In this document: one piece after another, positions 1 to 11,351 of the stretch
Position numbering within the stretch: position 1 is the first letter of the stretch
How the letters are laid out: each line of letters starts with the position of its first letter
Assembly (NCBI RefSeq): GCF_001194135.2
Contig: NC_068993.1
Location: forward strand, 42,807,765-42,871,764
Direction: 5' to 3'
From: Octopus bimaculoides
Taxonomy: Eukaryota
Length of the DNA stretch: 64,000 bases
Position numbers and translations under genes: made by a program
Notes under the pieces: generated by a model
What the model was told of the DNA's origin: nothing
The model's database searches: none
The model's input: only the letters and a program-made list of their open reading frames with translations

Positions 1-432
1 TTGCTCGTCCATAATACCCAAGCTTATGCAGATATGTAACACATGTTCTTTGACTAACTACTAGCTCTTTTTGCAATGTCAGAAGCTTCCTTTCCGAGGT
101 CTCAGGTCGGCAGGGACGAGAATCTGTTGATTCTTTACCTTGGCTTTTGAATTGCACTAATATTCTATTAGCAGTAGCAAGAGGAATTTGAAGATTTTCG
201 GCAATTTTTCGCTGGCTAAGACCAGCCTCAGACGACCTCTTTGAAAATCTGACAGTTCTGCTGGATTTTTTGTGCGTGGCATGGCTACTCTTCGCAAATG
301 TTTAATATCATGCCACTTGGAATGAAAAAGAATAATTACATTGTAAATTCTACACCGCTGAAAACATATTAAGATGCTCAGATCAGAAATTTTGAAAATT
401 AAAGGTGTCTATTTACTTCCTGCATGACTGTG
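1..432 (-). mobile_element. Tc1/mariner DNA transposon, left end with decayed transposase N-terminus (runs off the window start)
   Basis: Minus strand from the ATG at 282 reads [17 protein letters not shown], then after a frameshift [42 protein letters not shown]. This resembles the Tc1 paired-like HTH and the GRP linker. A putative TIR start CACAGTCATG at 432 abuts TA at 433-434. Confidence 0.75.
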
Positions 433-1121
433 TATATATCATGGCATTTAAGTAAGCTTATAGTGATCACCGTGTAATGACTAATGAAAACTAGTCTAAC
501 AATGGGGCATATAAGCCCTGGACAAAAAAAAAGTAGGCTTTCCCATCTGTGAGGAAGTCGAACCCACATCCCTGTATACATACATAAAGAGAGAGAGAGT
601 AAGAGAGAAATTTGTAGATGTATTCATATGCAGGTATCAATGCATACATTTGTCTGTATATATGTGCGTGTTCGTGCGTGTGTGTGTGTATGTGTGTCTG
701 CGTGTGAATATATAATGTACATATATGTGGTGGTGGGGTGTAATGTATGTTTGAATGTAAGTCTGTCGAAGTCATACATGTAGTCAACAATTTACAAGTA
801 AAAACACGAACTGCCAACACCAAAATAACATCTTTGGCCAAATGCCTATGACCCTTTTAAGGAAACTAATCTTGTATTTGTAAGAGGGAATCATACCTTG
901 ACATTTCCATAATTAACACAACTCTAAACATGAAAGCAATAAATTAGGAAAGCCTACTAATGTATTCTCCCCCAATCAGCCGTAAATAAACAAGAATCAT
1001 AACTTTATCTATTTGTGTTTGTGCACAGAAATTTCAGTTTTTAAAGAAATTTATCCGTACAGCAGATATAACCCGGATGGATATTCAAATAAGTCTATTT
1101 TGTTTGTGAACAACTGCTATG

Positions 1122-1284
1122 TCTAGCATACGAGTATTCATCACTAAGAATAACCGAAACCGCGCGGTCTGATGTTCTCGATAGCTGGGGTAGTAAGGAG
1201 TTCTCTTCCCGCTTGCAATATATATCGAGTGCGAAGTACATTGGTAACCAACTGGAGAAGAAGTCCTCCGAAGTTAAAATAGCG
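1122..1284 (+). mobile_element. Decayed copy of a short hammerhead-bearing interspersed element (homologous to 14264-14448)
   Basis: Aligns by eye along its length with 14264-14448 (24 of 30 matches over the first 30 nt). It keeps GAAAC, stem III ACC/GGT, the GTC triplet and stem I CATCA/TGATG, but lacks core G5 and most of stem II. Confidence 0.7.
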
Positions 1285-1534
1285 GTATCGTCCGTTCTTA
1301 GAGAACACCCTTGTTTAGAGGCGATAAACATTACTTTTCAGTATACATGCTACTTTCGTCTCTTATAAAGATTCTCTTGACGAACTAATTTGCTTAATAC
1401 AATTTGAATGAAAATAAACAAATTAGGTAGTCAGGAATAAGGAGGAAATAAAATGCTTATTTAGACAACTACGATACCTTACGGTAGGAGCCAGCTACTT
1501 TGTATTGTTTTCTACGCCCATCCATTCATTTTGT

Positions 1535-1780
1535 GGAGGCGCATGGCATAATAGTTAGAGTTTTGGACTCATGATCGTAAGATTGTGGTTTCGATTCCTT
1601 GACGGGGCGACGCGTTGTGTTCTTGAGCAAAACACTTCATTTCACGTTGCTCCAGTTTACTCAGCTGGAAAAAATGAGCAATGCTGCCGCGGACCGGCGT
1701 CCCGTCCAGGTGGGGAATTTATACGCCACGGAAACTGGGAAACAGCCCTTATGAGTCGGCATGACTCGAGAAGGTAACTT
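1535..1780 (+). mobile_element. tRNA-derived SINE, family A (CORE-like central domain)
   Basis: Head GGAGGCGCATGG..TAGTTAGAG with B-box-like GTTTCGATTCC, followed by TTGAGCAAAACACTTCATTTCACGTTGCTCCAG; near-identical blocks at 20541. Confidence 0.8.
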
Positions 1781-1849
1781 ATTTTTTATATCCATCCATT
1801 TTTGTGCCCCACTATTTCTGGAGGGACGTGTCGGTAGAGACTCAGGTAC

Positions 1850-2130
1850 CTACTGTATAGGGTTCAATCAGACGCAACCATTATTACACTTTCCGGCTGG
1901 ATTCCAAAGGATGACCAATGAGACAATAGATGTTATTCAGACATTTCATTCTTGGTCTACCCTTAAGTCTCGGCCCGAAGAATCTGTGCTCCCTTCCTGA
2001 GACATTCTAACCGTATACCCATAGTACAGGAGCTGTAGCATCTCTTTCGGCCCTGATCTAAAATGACGCCCTCGTCTAGTTTGTTTTCTTATCGTTCCAA
2101 GGTGGATGATATAAGCACCGGGACTAAGTG
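1850..2130 (-). mobile_element. RTE-like LINE 3' fragment, decayed
   Basis: Minus-strand QLLYYGYTVRMSQE followed, across a frameshift, by a GRPRMKCLNNI-like stretch. These resemble the C-terminal RTE motifs LxxFGHxxR and RGRPRxRWxDxI. Confidence 0.45.
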
Positions 2131-2628
2131 AATCCACTATTCAGAAGAAGGGCGTGCTAACAGCATGACCAAAATCATTAAATAGATAACAGAACTTCTT
2201 AAACATTCCCTAAATATAACCCTTCGCTGCTCCGAGAGCGCATATTTCATGCCTTTTTGTGTTTCTGGCTCTTTAGAAAGTACATTTCAAACTCTATATC
2301 GTAGTATTCATTTCTCATAACGTGTATTTTCACACAAAAAACATTCTAAATCTTCATTTCTTAATATTACAAAGCTTAAGACATCTTAAAGAAAGCCTTT
2401 TATTTTTCAGTTTAAAGTATCTTTCCCATATAAAAATTTTACTGAATATAAGGGTGATGAAGTGGCTAAATAATTGTAGCACCGAACAGAATAGTCTGTG
2501 ATACATTATTCTGGCTCATTACCTTCTGAGTTCAAATTCTATCGAGGTGTAAACTTTGCTTTTCATCCCTGAAAGACCCTTGCCTGCAGATTGCTGTCCT
2601 TGCTGTACAAATATGAATAAATCAGTTC

Positions 2629-2629
<1 letters not shown>

Positions 2630-2680
<51 letters not shown>
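2630..2680. repeat. (GATA)n microsatellite
   Basis: Direct reading. Confidence 0.97.
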
Positions 2681-2692
2681 CAAAACAGTTTG

Positions 2693-2759
2693 ATTCAAAT
2701 TCGTTGGTAGACTTGTGTTTCAAGCGTGATGCTAGTCGTCAGCCATTTTGAATTTGAAT
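2693..2759 (-). ncRNA. Degenerate type I hammerhead ribozyme-like motif
   Basis: Minus strand: ATTCAAATTC aaaa TGG CTGACGA ctAGC atcac GCTt GAAA C acaa GTC ta CCA ac GAATTTGAAT. Core boxes are in the right order and a 10-bp outer stem closes the motif. The stem I junction is out of register by 2 nt and there is no G10.1-C11.1 pair. Confidence 0.45.
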
Positions 2760-3081
2760 GACAGAAGTTGATTGTTATTGCCGTAAAGTGGGCAGCGATT
2801 GGTCGATGAAGATCACGCAGCGTAACGGTTTGATGTTGGTCTGTGGGTAACAGTTAGTTGGAAAATACCACATGGGGAACAGGAAATTGACCCCGTGGAG
2901 GACAGGAGATAGACCACATGGTGATTAGGATGTTGAGGGAGTAGGAAGGGGCGGCATGTACAAGTATATAGTTCTATATGTGGGTGAGTAGCCACTCTCA
3001 CATAGTTTTGCATGCATGTGTATATTGATGCGAGCGTGCGCATCTGTACATATGTGTTTGTGCGTGTGCGTGCGTGCGTGC

Positions 3082-3135
<54 letters not shown>

Positions 3136-3672
3136 ATGAAATTTGTGATCTTAACACCAAGAGAATTCGACTGAGTGAGCTTTTGGATACTTATTCAGCA
3201 AGCAGATTTTTTAAACTTTTCCGCACTATATCAATGTGCAGAAAAATGGTACAATGACCCAGAACAATTAATGAATCTTTTTTATAGTAAAATATAAACC
3301 AAATCATTATCCAAACTGTAACCTATTTCTCATTCATTATTTTTCCTTATATTTTTGATTAATCAAAAGTAGATTTTTTTACATCCCCACTTAATTTCCG
3401 TCGAATGAGATATACAATATCACCTACCTTGTTATCTAATTTCTCTTTAACGAGGTTAGGTCTCGTAGAAACAGCCTATATTAGATCAAGACTAGCAGCA
3501 AGGCATTAGACGTGAATGTACATTGCAATGAATATGTTCTGTCAGATGTGAAACCCGGTAGAAAATATGTATTCTGATATATATTTGTAATTATCAGCTA
3601 TGAAGGATTTAATAAAATATTTTGAAATTATTTGATGGCAATATTTATGACTTTGCAATTAATTCACTGTAT

Positions 3673-3770
3673 TTTCTTCTTCTTCTTCTTCTTCTTCTTC
3701 TTCTTCTTCTTCTTCTTCTTCTTCTTCTTCTTCTTCTTCTTCTTCTTCTTCTTCTTCTTCTTCTTCTTCT
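3673..3770. repeat. (CTT)n microsatellite, followed by a short CCT-rich run
   Basis: Direct reading; explains the poly-L/F/R/K ORFs. Confidence 0.97.
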
Positions 3771-4257
3771 CCTTCTTCCTTTTTCTTCTCCTCCTCCCCC
3801 TCCTTCGTCTGCTCTTTGTATATGCATGTCTGTGTGCTATGTGTTGTGGGGGTTGTTTTAAAACTTTGAGAGAGATAAAATAAATTATAATTTTGACTGA
3901 CAAACTCGAAGTAAGTAAAACTATAAATAATAGCATGCTTATTATATGATTAAAAACCCTAGGATGGAAAAAGTCAAAGACTATTCGTGGGACACGAATC
4001 TACATATTCTATAAACATGACAGATGTCTAAAACCACGGCAGCGTTCGACATTTTACATCCGAGAGCTCTTTTCATTCGGTATTTTACAAGTCGTTGTTT
4101 ATAGCTGCATCTATTTGAAGTTTCCCCGTTAAAAGTAATTAAAAATTTACCATTGGAACTAATACTATTTTTCATATATACATACACATTCGCACACACA
4201 TGTGTGCGTATGTGTATGTATGTATGTATGAAAATAAATAGATAGATAGATAGATAC

Positions 4258-4302
<45 letters not shown>

Positions 4303-4360
4303 CAGACAGACCGACAGACAGACAAATAGCTAGCTAGGTTAGCTAGATAGATAGATACGA

Positions 4361-4510
4361 TGGGCTTGCTTCAGTTTTCACCTACCAAATCCACTCATAG
4401 AACTTTGATCGGCTCGAAGCTATAGTGTAAGACACTTGCCTAAAGTGCCATGCAGTGAGACCAAACCCGAAATCATGTCATGGGAAAGCAACCGTCGAAC
4501 CACTCATCCA
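4361..4510 (-). mobile_element. SINE family C, 5' half
   Basis: CCAAATCCACTCA...CTATAGTGTAAGACACTTGCC matches the reverse complement of 15041-15190. Confidence 0.75.
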
Positions 4511-4879
4511 ACATTATTTATTGTAAAAGCTATGAGGAAAATCATGAAGTACAGTAGAATCTCCTCCATATTTTTGCCAATTATTTTAAAGCAATCCAAA
4601 AACTGAATTAGTTTTCCTCTTGCTCAAAGTCACTTAAATCGATATTCCCTTCATTATTATATAGCAATTAGTGTTTTCTAGAAAACTAAATTCTGATGCA
4701 GAATACACTTAGAAACAAACAATGTTCCTCATTATTTTTTTCAATCATGGAGTTATTGATATTTGAGTTCATTTTCTTTTTCTTTCTTATACAGCAATTA
4801 TAAGAAAAAATAGAAGTTCGGGAGATTCTATTATAGTGGTTCGCAATAAAATCGCAACTCTCGCATCAAGTAATACACG

Positions 4880-4992
<113 letters not shown>

Positions 4993-5609
4993 ATATGTAT
5001 GTATCTATGTATCTATGTGTGGGCACATATGTGTGTGTATTGCAGCTGTCACTCGCAAGCGAGCTTGCGTTGCATGCGTGTGCCGTGGATTTGTCATTAC
5101 GTTCAAGCTAACACAGACACTCCTCGAACTACTCTCTATTAACATAGTGAATTCCAGAGTGTGACAGATTGAGCTCAGAAAGAGCTACATCTAAACAAGA
5201 CCAAGGGAATGTAAAATAGTATAACATTGCTCGAGAAAACGACACTTCGTTTGATAAAGGAACAGAATCGAAACCACGACATAATGATCGTGACATGGAC
5301 ACTCTTGCCACTGGGTCAAGATACATATACACACACTTATCCGTCTGTAATTTATTAAGTAAAGCCCAAGTGGAAACCTCTCCCTGTAAAACGTCTGGCT
5401 TTGTAAGTAAATAAGACAAAATTAATGACTTGAGCATAGGACGTAATGCTTAGTGGCATGTCTTCCAACTTTTTACGTTTTGAATTTAAATCTCTCTAAG
5501 CTCAAGTTTCTCTTTCAACCTAGACAAACGGAAAGACCCTGAAGAAGCTGCACCGAAAATCGTGCCAGGCTGCATCCGCAACTGCCCGTGATATGTGCGG
5601 TAGAAACAG

Positions 5610-5850
5610 ATCCCCAAAACTTACATCTCTGTTTCAATTCATACCCTTTGGTGATTCGTAATCCTAAGCATTTGGGCAGAATCATATACTAAGAATTGGT
5701 CATCATTTTCATCTATATGGATCAGGATGAGATTCTGCCCCATATAGTTGAAAATGATGACCAATTCTTAGCATATGACCCTACCTAAATGCTTAAAATT
5801 ACGAATCACCAAGGGGCATGAATCGAAATATACATGTAGGTTTTGGGGAT
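5610..5850. repeat. Fold-back inverted repeat (MITE-like), arms of about 111 bp
   Basis: 5610-5720 is the reverse complement of 5740-5850 at roughly 85% identity by eye, with a 19-nt spacer. Confidence 0.85.
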
Positions 5851-6123
5851 TTGCCATTTCTTTTAGGGCATTATGATTTATTTGTATTTTTTTTATAAGA
5901 AAGGCTTTCAACCTCATTATATTATACAAATAATTTATCTATGCATCTACAATTCTCCATTTTGTTTCTTTCATTATTAACAATATGTAATGCTATAATA
6001 ATCCCTAACATATCGTCGAAACTTTTTCCATACATGATAGTGATCAACCAGTGAAATTTTGGGATTATTTAAATCCCTAATAAGGACTTATCATCCTCAT
6101 ATATATATGTATGTATGTATGTA

Positions 6124-6183
<60 letters not shown>

Positions 6184-6390
6184 GTGTACATATACGAACC
6201 ACCTTAAAAAAATAGTGACTGCAGTCGAGCTTTAGTGGTTCTGCAATATTACATTTAATAATTACACGTCTCTGACGATTTGGCAGCAAGGCTTAATGAC
6301 GTAAAGTTGCATTATGTAGCCAATTATCACCTTATGTTAATGAAACGTGCGAAAGATAATATAATTAACTATCACATGAGTGTGTGTGCC

Positions 6391-6440
<50 letters not shown>

Positions 6441-6766
6441 TGTGTGTGTTCAGGTGAGTGAATTGAAGGCATTGTATAGGTAGTTATTTACTGCATGTAT
6501 TTAAAAAAGAGCAGCGACCGTATATTACGTAAATTGAAGGTGCTACTAATTATAGTCTTCTTCCTCATCACTTACTCTTCTATTCATCTGTGTGTGCGCC
6601 TATATACGTATGTATATAGCTCGAAAGGGGGGAGTTGATAGTCAGCCGACAAAATGATGAAGGGTCGTTCTTTTTTTTGTGTTACATTTTTTCTCACGTT
6701 ATTTGCGTATTTAAATTGTTTCGTATTTGATGCTGTTTACTATTAGTGACGTCCTGTATCCATATA

Positions 6767-6814
<48 letters not shown>

Positions 6815-7753
6815 TACACACACATATATATGTATATATATACACTTATACACACACACACACACANNNNNNNNNNNNNNNNNNNNNNNNNNNNNNNNNN
6901 NNNNNNNNNNNNNNNNNNNNNNNNNNNNNNNNNNNNNNNNNNNNNNNNNNNNNNNNNNNNNNNNNNNNNNNNNNNNNNNNNNNNNNNNNNNNNNNNNNNN
7001 NNNNNNNNNNNNNNNNNNNNNNNNNNNNNNNNNNNNNNNNNNNNNNNNNNNNNNNNNNNNNNNNNNNNNNNNNNNNNNNNNNNNNNNNNNNNNNNNNNNN
7101 NNNNNNNNNNNNNNNNNNNNNNNNNNNNNNNNNNNNNNNNNNNNNNNNNNNNNNNNNNNNNNNNNNNNNNNNNNNNNNNNNNNNNNNNNNNNNNNNNNNN
7201 NNNNNNNNNNNNNNNNNNNNNNNNNNNNNNNNNNNNNNNNNNNNNNNNNNNNNNNNNNNNNNNNNNNNNNNNNNNNNNNNNNNNNNNNNNNNNNNNNNNN
7301 NNNNNNNNNNNNNNNNNNNNNNNNNNNNNNNNNNNNNNNNNNNNNNNNNNNNNNNNNNNNNNNNNNNNNNNNNNNNNNNNNNNNNNNNNNNNNNNNNNNN
7401 NNNNNNNNNNNNNNNNNNNNNNNNNNNNNNNNNNNNNNNNNNNNNNNNNNNNNNNNNNNNNNNNNNNNNNNNNNNNNNNNNNNNNNNNNNNNNNNNNNNN
7501 NNNNNNNNNNNNNNNNNNNNNNNNNNNNNNNNNNNNNNNNNNNNNNNNNNNNNNNNNNNNNNNNNNNNNNNNNNNNNNNNNNNNNNNNNNNNNNNNNNNN
7601 NNNNNNNNNNNNNNNNATATATATATATATATATATATATACATCTATATTTGAATGTTTGTGTATAAATATGTGTATATATATGTGTGCGCGTATGAAT
7701 ATGTCTAAATGTGTGTGCGCGAGGGGGGGGGGATTATTATTGGATTTATATAT

Positions 7754-7965
7754 GGCAATGAGCTAGCAGAATCGTTATACGTCGGACAAAATGATTTTCG
7801 GCATTTCGTCCATCTACACTGTCAGAGTTCAAATTCCTCCAAGATCGACTTTTCCTTTCGTCTTTTCTGTGCCGATAAAATAGGTACCATTTCAGCAACA
7901 GGGTCGATGTAATCGATTTGCACCCTCCTCCGAAATTGCTGGCCTTGTGCCAAAATATGAAACCA
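7754..7965 (+). mobile_element. tRNA-derived SINE, family B
   Basis: GAGCTAGCAGAATCGTTA...GAGTTCAAATTCC...TCGATGTAATCGA...GGCCTTGTGCC, shared with 11023 and 48119. Confidence 0.8.
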
Positions 7966-8574
7966 TTATGTAGTGTGTGTGTATGTGAGTATGTGTGTAT
8001 CCGTCTATCTGTTTCTCTCTCTGTCTCTCTGTCTGTCTGTCTGCGAACACAGTATGATATACATATTATATTTCTATACTCCTAAACTATTCAAAAGTTT
8101 TCTCGTCTGCTTCATTCATTTCTCAGAGTTCGTATCAAACAGACAACTTAAATATGGCGCAAAACACGAAAGTTCAATGAAACTTAACAATAAATCATTA
8201 ATACAAACATAGTTTTCTGAACTGTCGCCAAGAAATATTTTAACTTTTCTTTCAATCGATTCGTTCCTTATTTGATGCGCTGAATTCATCCATTCAACGT
8301 GTGTTACAATGTCTTCGTAGGGGTCATTACTGTAGCCATTAGATATTTTCTACCATTAGGTACAATATAACGGCTAAGTTTATGTGTTACGTCCATATTT
8401 AAAATATAATATTGACATCTGTTTACTGAAATTATTTTGATTTTAGATTACTTTGAATGAAAATTGATTCTCGAATCAATGAAAATATCCAACGCGAAGC
8501 TTATACATGCTTATACAAATATACGTACACAGCGGGATAGGTAGAGAGAGAGTGCATATATATACATATGTGTG

Positions 8575-8636
<62 letters not shown>

Positions 8637-8912
8637 GAGCTTAAAAATAGGATAAAATCTTTATAAGAATGTATCAAGTAGTTAACGTGAAGAACCTCAT
8701 AAGGGAAAATCTTATTAATTATTCCCTTTAAATATATTTATTTATATTAAGGGCATTACTATATATAAATGCCTCACGATACGAGGGACTCTTAAAGTCA
8801 GAACTACCACAATAAACACATATTACGGTACAATGTGTTTATTATGGTAGTTCTAACTTGAAGAGTCCCTCGTAGCATGAGACATTTATGTATAGTAATG
8901 CCCTTAATATGA

Positions 8913-8960
<48 letters not shown>

Positions 8961-8977
8961 GTATGCATGTATGTGCG

Positions 8978-9770
8978 GAGGATATCCGTGACGTTAGACT
9001 CGGCAATAACACCCCAGTCTCGTGCGATTTCTTCACTGGTCATTCATTAAAACACCTGTCTGTGTTGGGATTGTATTTGCACAGGCACCATCCGGACTCC
9101 TGCCTTCGCCGTAAACGGGAATTAATCGTCTCTCTTCACTGCTTTACGCCATATGGGCTCAACTCTCCTCCCCTCTTCATCTGACTCTCCTCCTCTCATC
9201 TCTTCATCAGACATATTTCCTCTCTCCACTCATTGATATCCACTCCACCCACACCTCACTCCACACATCCCACTCCCACATACCCCACCCCTACCCCCAC
9301 ATCCTCACTCCAGACCTACACTCCACCCTCACTTCCCCACACCCAGTACCGCCACTCTACACACCACGACACCACATCTCACGCTAGCACACACTAGCAC
9401 TGACCACTAGCACTCACACATCACAGTTTCACACGCACACATCCACACGTCAAAGTCACCAGCACCTACCCACGCGAACACACTTACACACTCTCACATA
9501 CACACACGCACCTTCATTTTGTGATCACCAATACTTTATTATCTCCCCTTCTTCTTCGCTATCCTGTCTAACTACTTTGTCCAGCCAGTCGCCATGATTG
9601 ACCGCTAACTCCAAAAGTTTTTCTTTATTCTCTCTCTGCTTATTTCCTAGTGTTCATTTCTGTTGAAGAGCGTACACTCGAAACGTAAAAGACTTACTCA
9701 CCTTCCCGAGCGTCAAAAGACGAAGACAGGTGTCTTCGTCTTTTGTTTCTCCGTAAATTCCCACTATATA
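8978..9770 (+). mobile_element. Penelope-like element 3' fragment: GIY-YIG endonuclease C-terminus, C-rich spacer and terminal region
   Basis: 8978-9184 translates as EDIRDVRLGNNTPVSCDFFTGHSLKHLSVLGLYLHRHHPDSCLRRKRELIVSLHCFTPYGLNS. This matches the PLE pattern EHxRD..PVxxHF..GH...RxxxE.xI..L....P.GxN. A hammerhead-like motif follows at 9657-9690. Confidence 0.8.
9657..9690 (+). ncRNA. Minimal hammerhead-like motif in the Penelope-like terminal region (probably inactive)
   Basis: TTT CTGTTGA a GAG cgtaca CTC GAAA C GTA AAA: core with A6>U, 3-bp stem II, palindromic ACGT stem III, GUA triplet and 3-bp stem I. Confidence 0.45.
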
Positions 9771-9773
9771 TAT

Positions 9774-9823
<50 letters not shown>

Positions 9824-10071
9824 ATGATTGTATACATAAGGACTAAGCTGGGTGAAGTTTCGAAGTCAGTGTCAACAACATTGCTCTATAAGAATTATAA
9901 ATTCTACTAAAGTATAGAGTAACCAACCAGATTAATGTAAACATATTCCTATTATAACTGAACATAAAGACGTATATATATATATATATACACACACACA
10001 CATATGCATATGTATATATATGTATATATATGTATGTGTGAGTATATATATCTATGTATGTATGTATATAT

Positions 10072-10114
10072 ATTATGAGTCCAATGATCGAAGCACTGGA
10101 ACACGCGCCTTCAC

Positions 10115-10163
<49 letters not shown>

Positions 10164-10218
10164 GGGGGGGGGTACGTGAAGGCGCGTGTTCCAGTGCTTC
10201 GATTATTGGACTCATAAT
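10072..10218. repeat. Near-perfect 47-bp inverted repeat around an (AT)n/G-run spacer
   Basis: 10072-10118 versus the reverse complement of 10172-10218: 46 of 47 identical. Confidence 0.95.
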
Positions 10219-10330
10219 CATGAAATTGTGGAGTCGCTTCGTGAGTCGGGCGAATCGCTGTATCCTTCAGCAAAATGCATCATCTTGCGTTGCTTCAGTA
10301 TACACAACGGAAAATTAGTGCTAGCTGACT
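10172..10330 (+). mobile_element. SINE family A, diverged
   Basis: GAAGGCGCGTG...TTGGACTCATAATC..AAATTGTGG...TCAGCAAAATGCATCATCTTGCGTTGC aligns to 1535 and 20541. Confidence 0.7.
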
Positions 10331-10528
10331 GCTAGTGCAGGCCTCTCTCACGCTCTCTCTCTCTCTTCCAGCGGAGTCAAGCACGAAAACACCGAAAGAG
10401 TATTCCATGTCTGCTGTGGTAACTTATGTAACTGAAACAATAAGCAAATGCGTGGTATTAACTACTAGTTACTAGTACATACTTCCCGGCAAGAGACGGC
10501 TAAATACATGCTTGCATACATACATACA

Positions 10529-10562
<34 letters not shown>

Positions 10563-11022
10563 CATATATATATATGTGTACACACACACATGTATATGTA
10601 TGTAAGTATGTATATATATATATATATATATTGTAAATTTTCTTCGAAGCAAGAAGAAAATTTTAGAAAATATTCTATATATAATGAAAATTTTCCAATG
10701 CAGGAATTTCTTTGGAAATGATATTTTAAGAAATATTACCTCGCAACGTACCATGAAACCTTTAAAATATCTCGATGTAAACCGTAGCGACAACTGCGTC
10801 ATCTTTTCTCATCATGCACCATTCACTTTGAACGGGAATTAATTAAGCTCATTGAAATATTCTTTGTAGAAGGCTGAAAATAATATGCAACTCCTACTGC
10901 TGACAGAATCATAATTTCCCTAGTGTAATTAGTAGGGTATTTATTTTTATTGAAGAATATAAGTAGAGAGAAGAAGGATGGTCACTGCGTGTAGCAACTA
11001 TTATTATTTGTTCCAACACTAT

Positions 11023-11228
11023 GGCGGCATGCTGGCAGAATCGTTAGCAGACCGGCTAAAATACTTAGCGGCATTTCATTCATCTTTGCATTCAGAGCTG
11101 TAATTCCGTCGAGGTCGATCTTGCCTTTCACCCCTAGGGGACCGATAAAATAAGTACTACCCAGGTACTGAGGTCAATGTAATCGATTATCATACTTTTC
11201 AGGCATTGTGCCTATGATAGAAAGTACC
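11023..11228 (+). mobile_element. SINE family B
   Basis: GGCGGCATGCTGGCAGAATCGTTAGC...CCGTCGAGGTCGA...GATAAAATAAGTAC. Confidence 0.8.
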
Positions 11229-11351
11229 GTTTGTTCCGATACTACCTTTTATAAAAAATACCAGTTATTTAATTTGGTGAATCATTCAGTTATAACCGTT
11301 ATTTATTCAAGTGGTTTAACAATTTCGAAAATATTTCATTTCTCTGTATAT

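Noticed and set aside
1095-1331. Minus-strand ORF containing TDDTAILT, resembling the RT YADD motif
   Set aside because: No other RT motifs flank it, and most of the region is explained as the opposite strand of the non-coding hammerhead element.
5538-5575. CTGAAGA-AGCTGCACC-GAAA hammerhead-like core
   Set aside because: No valid stem III, no NUH triplet and no stem I in register.
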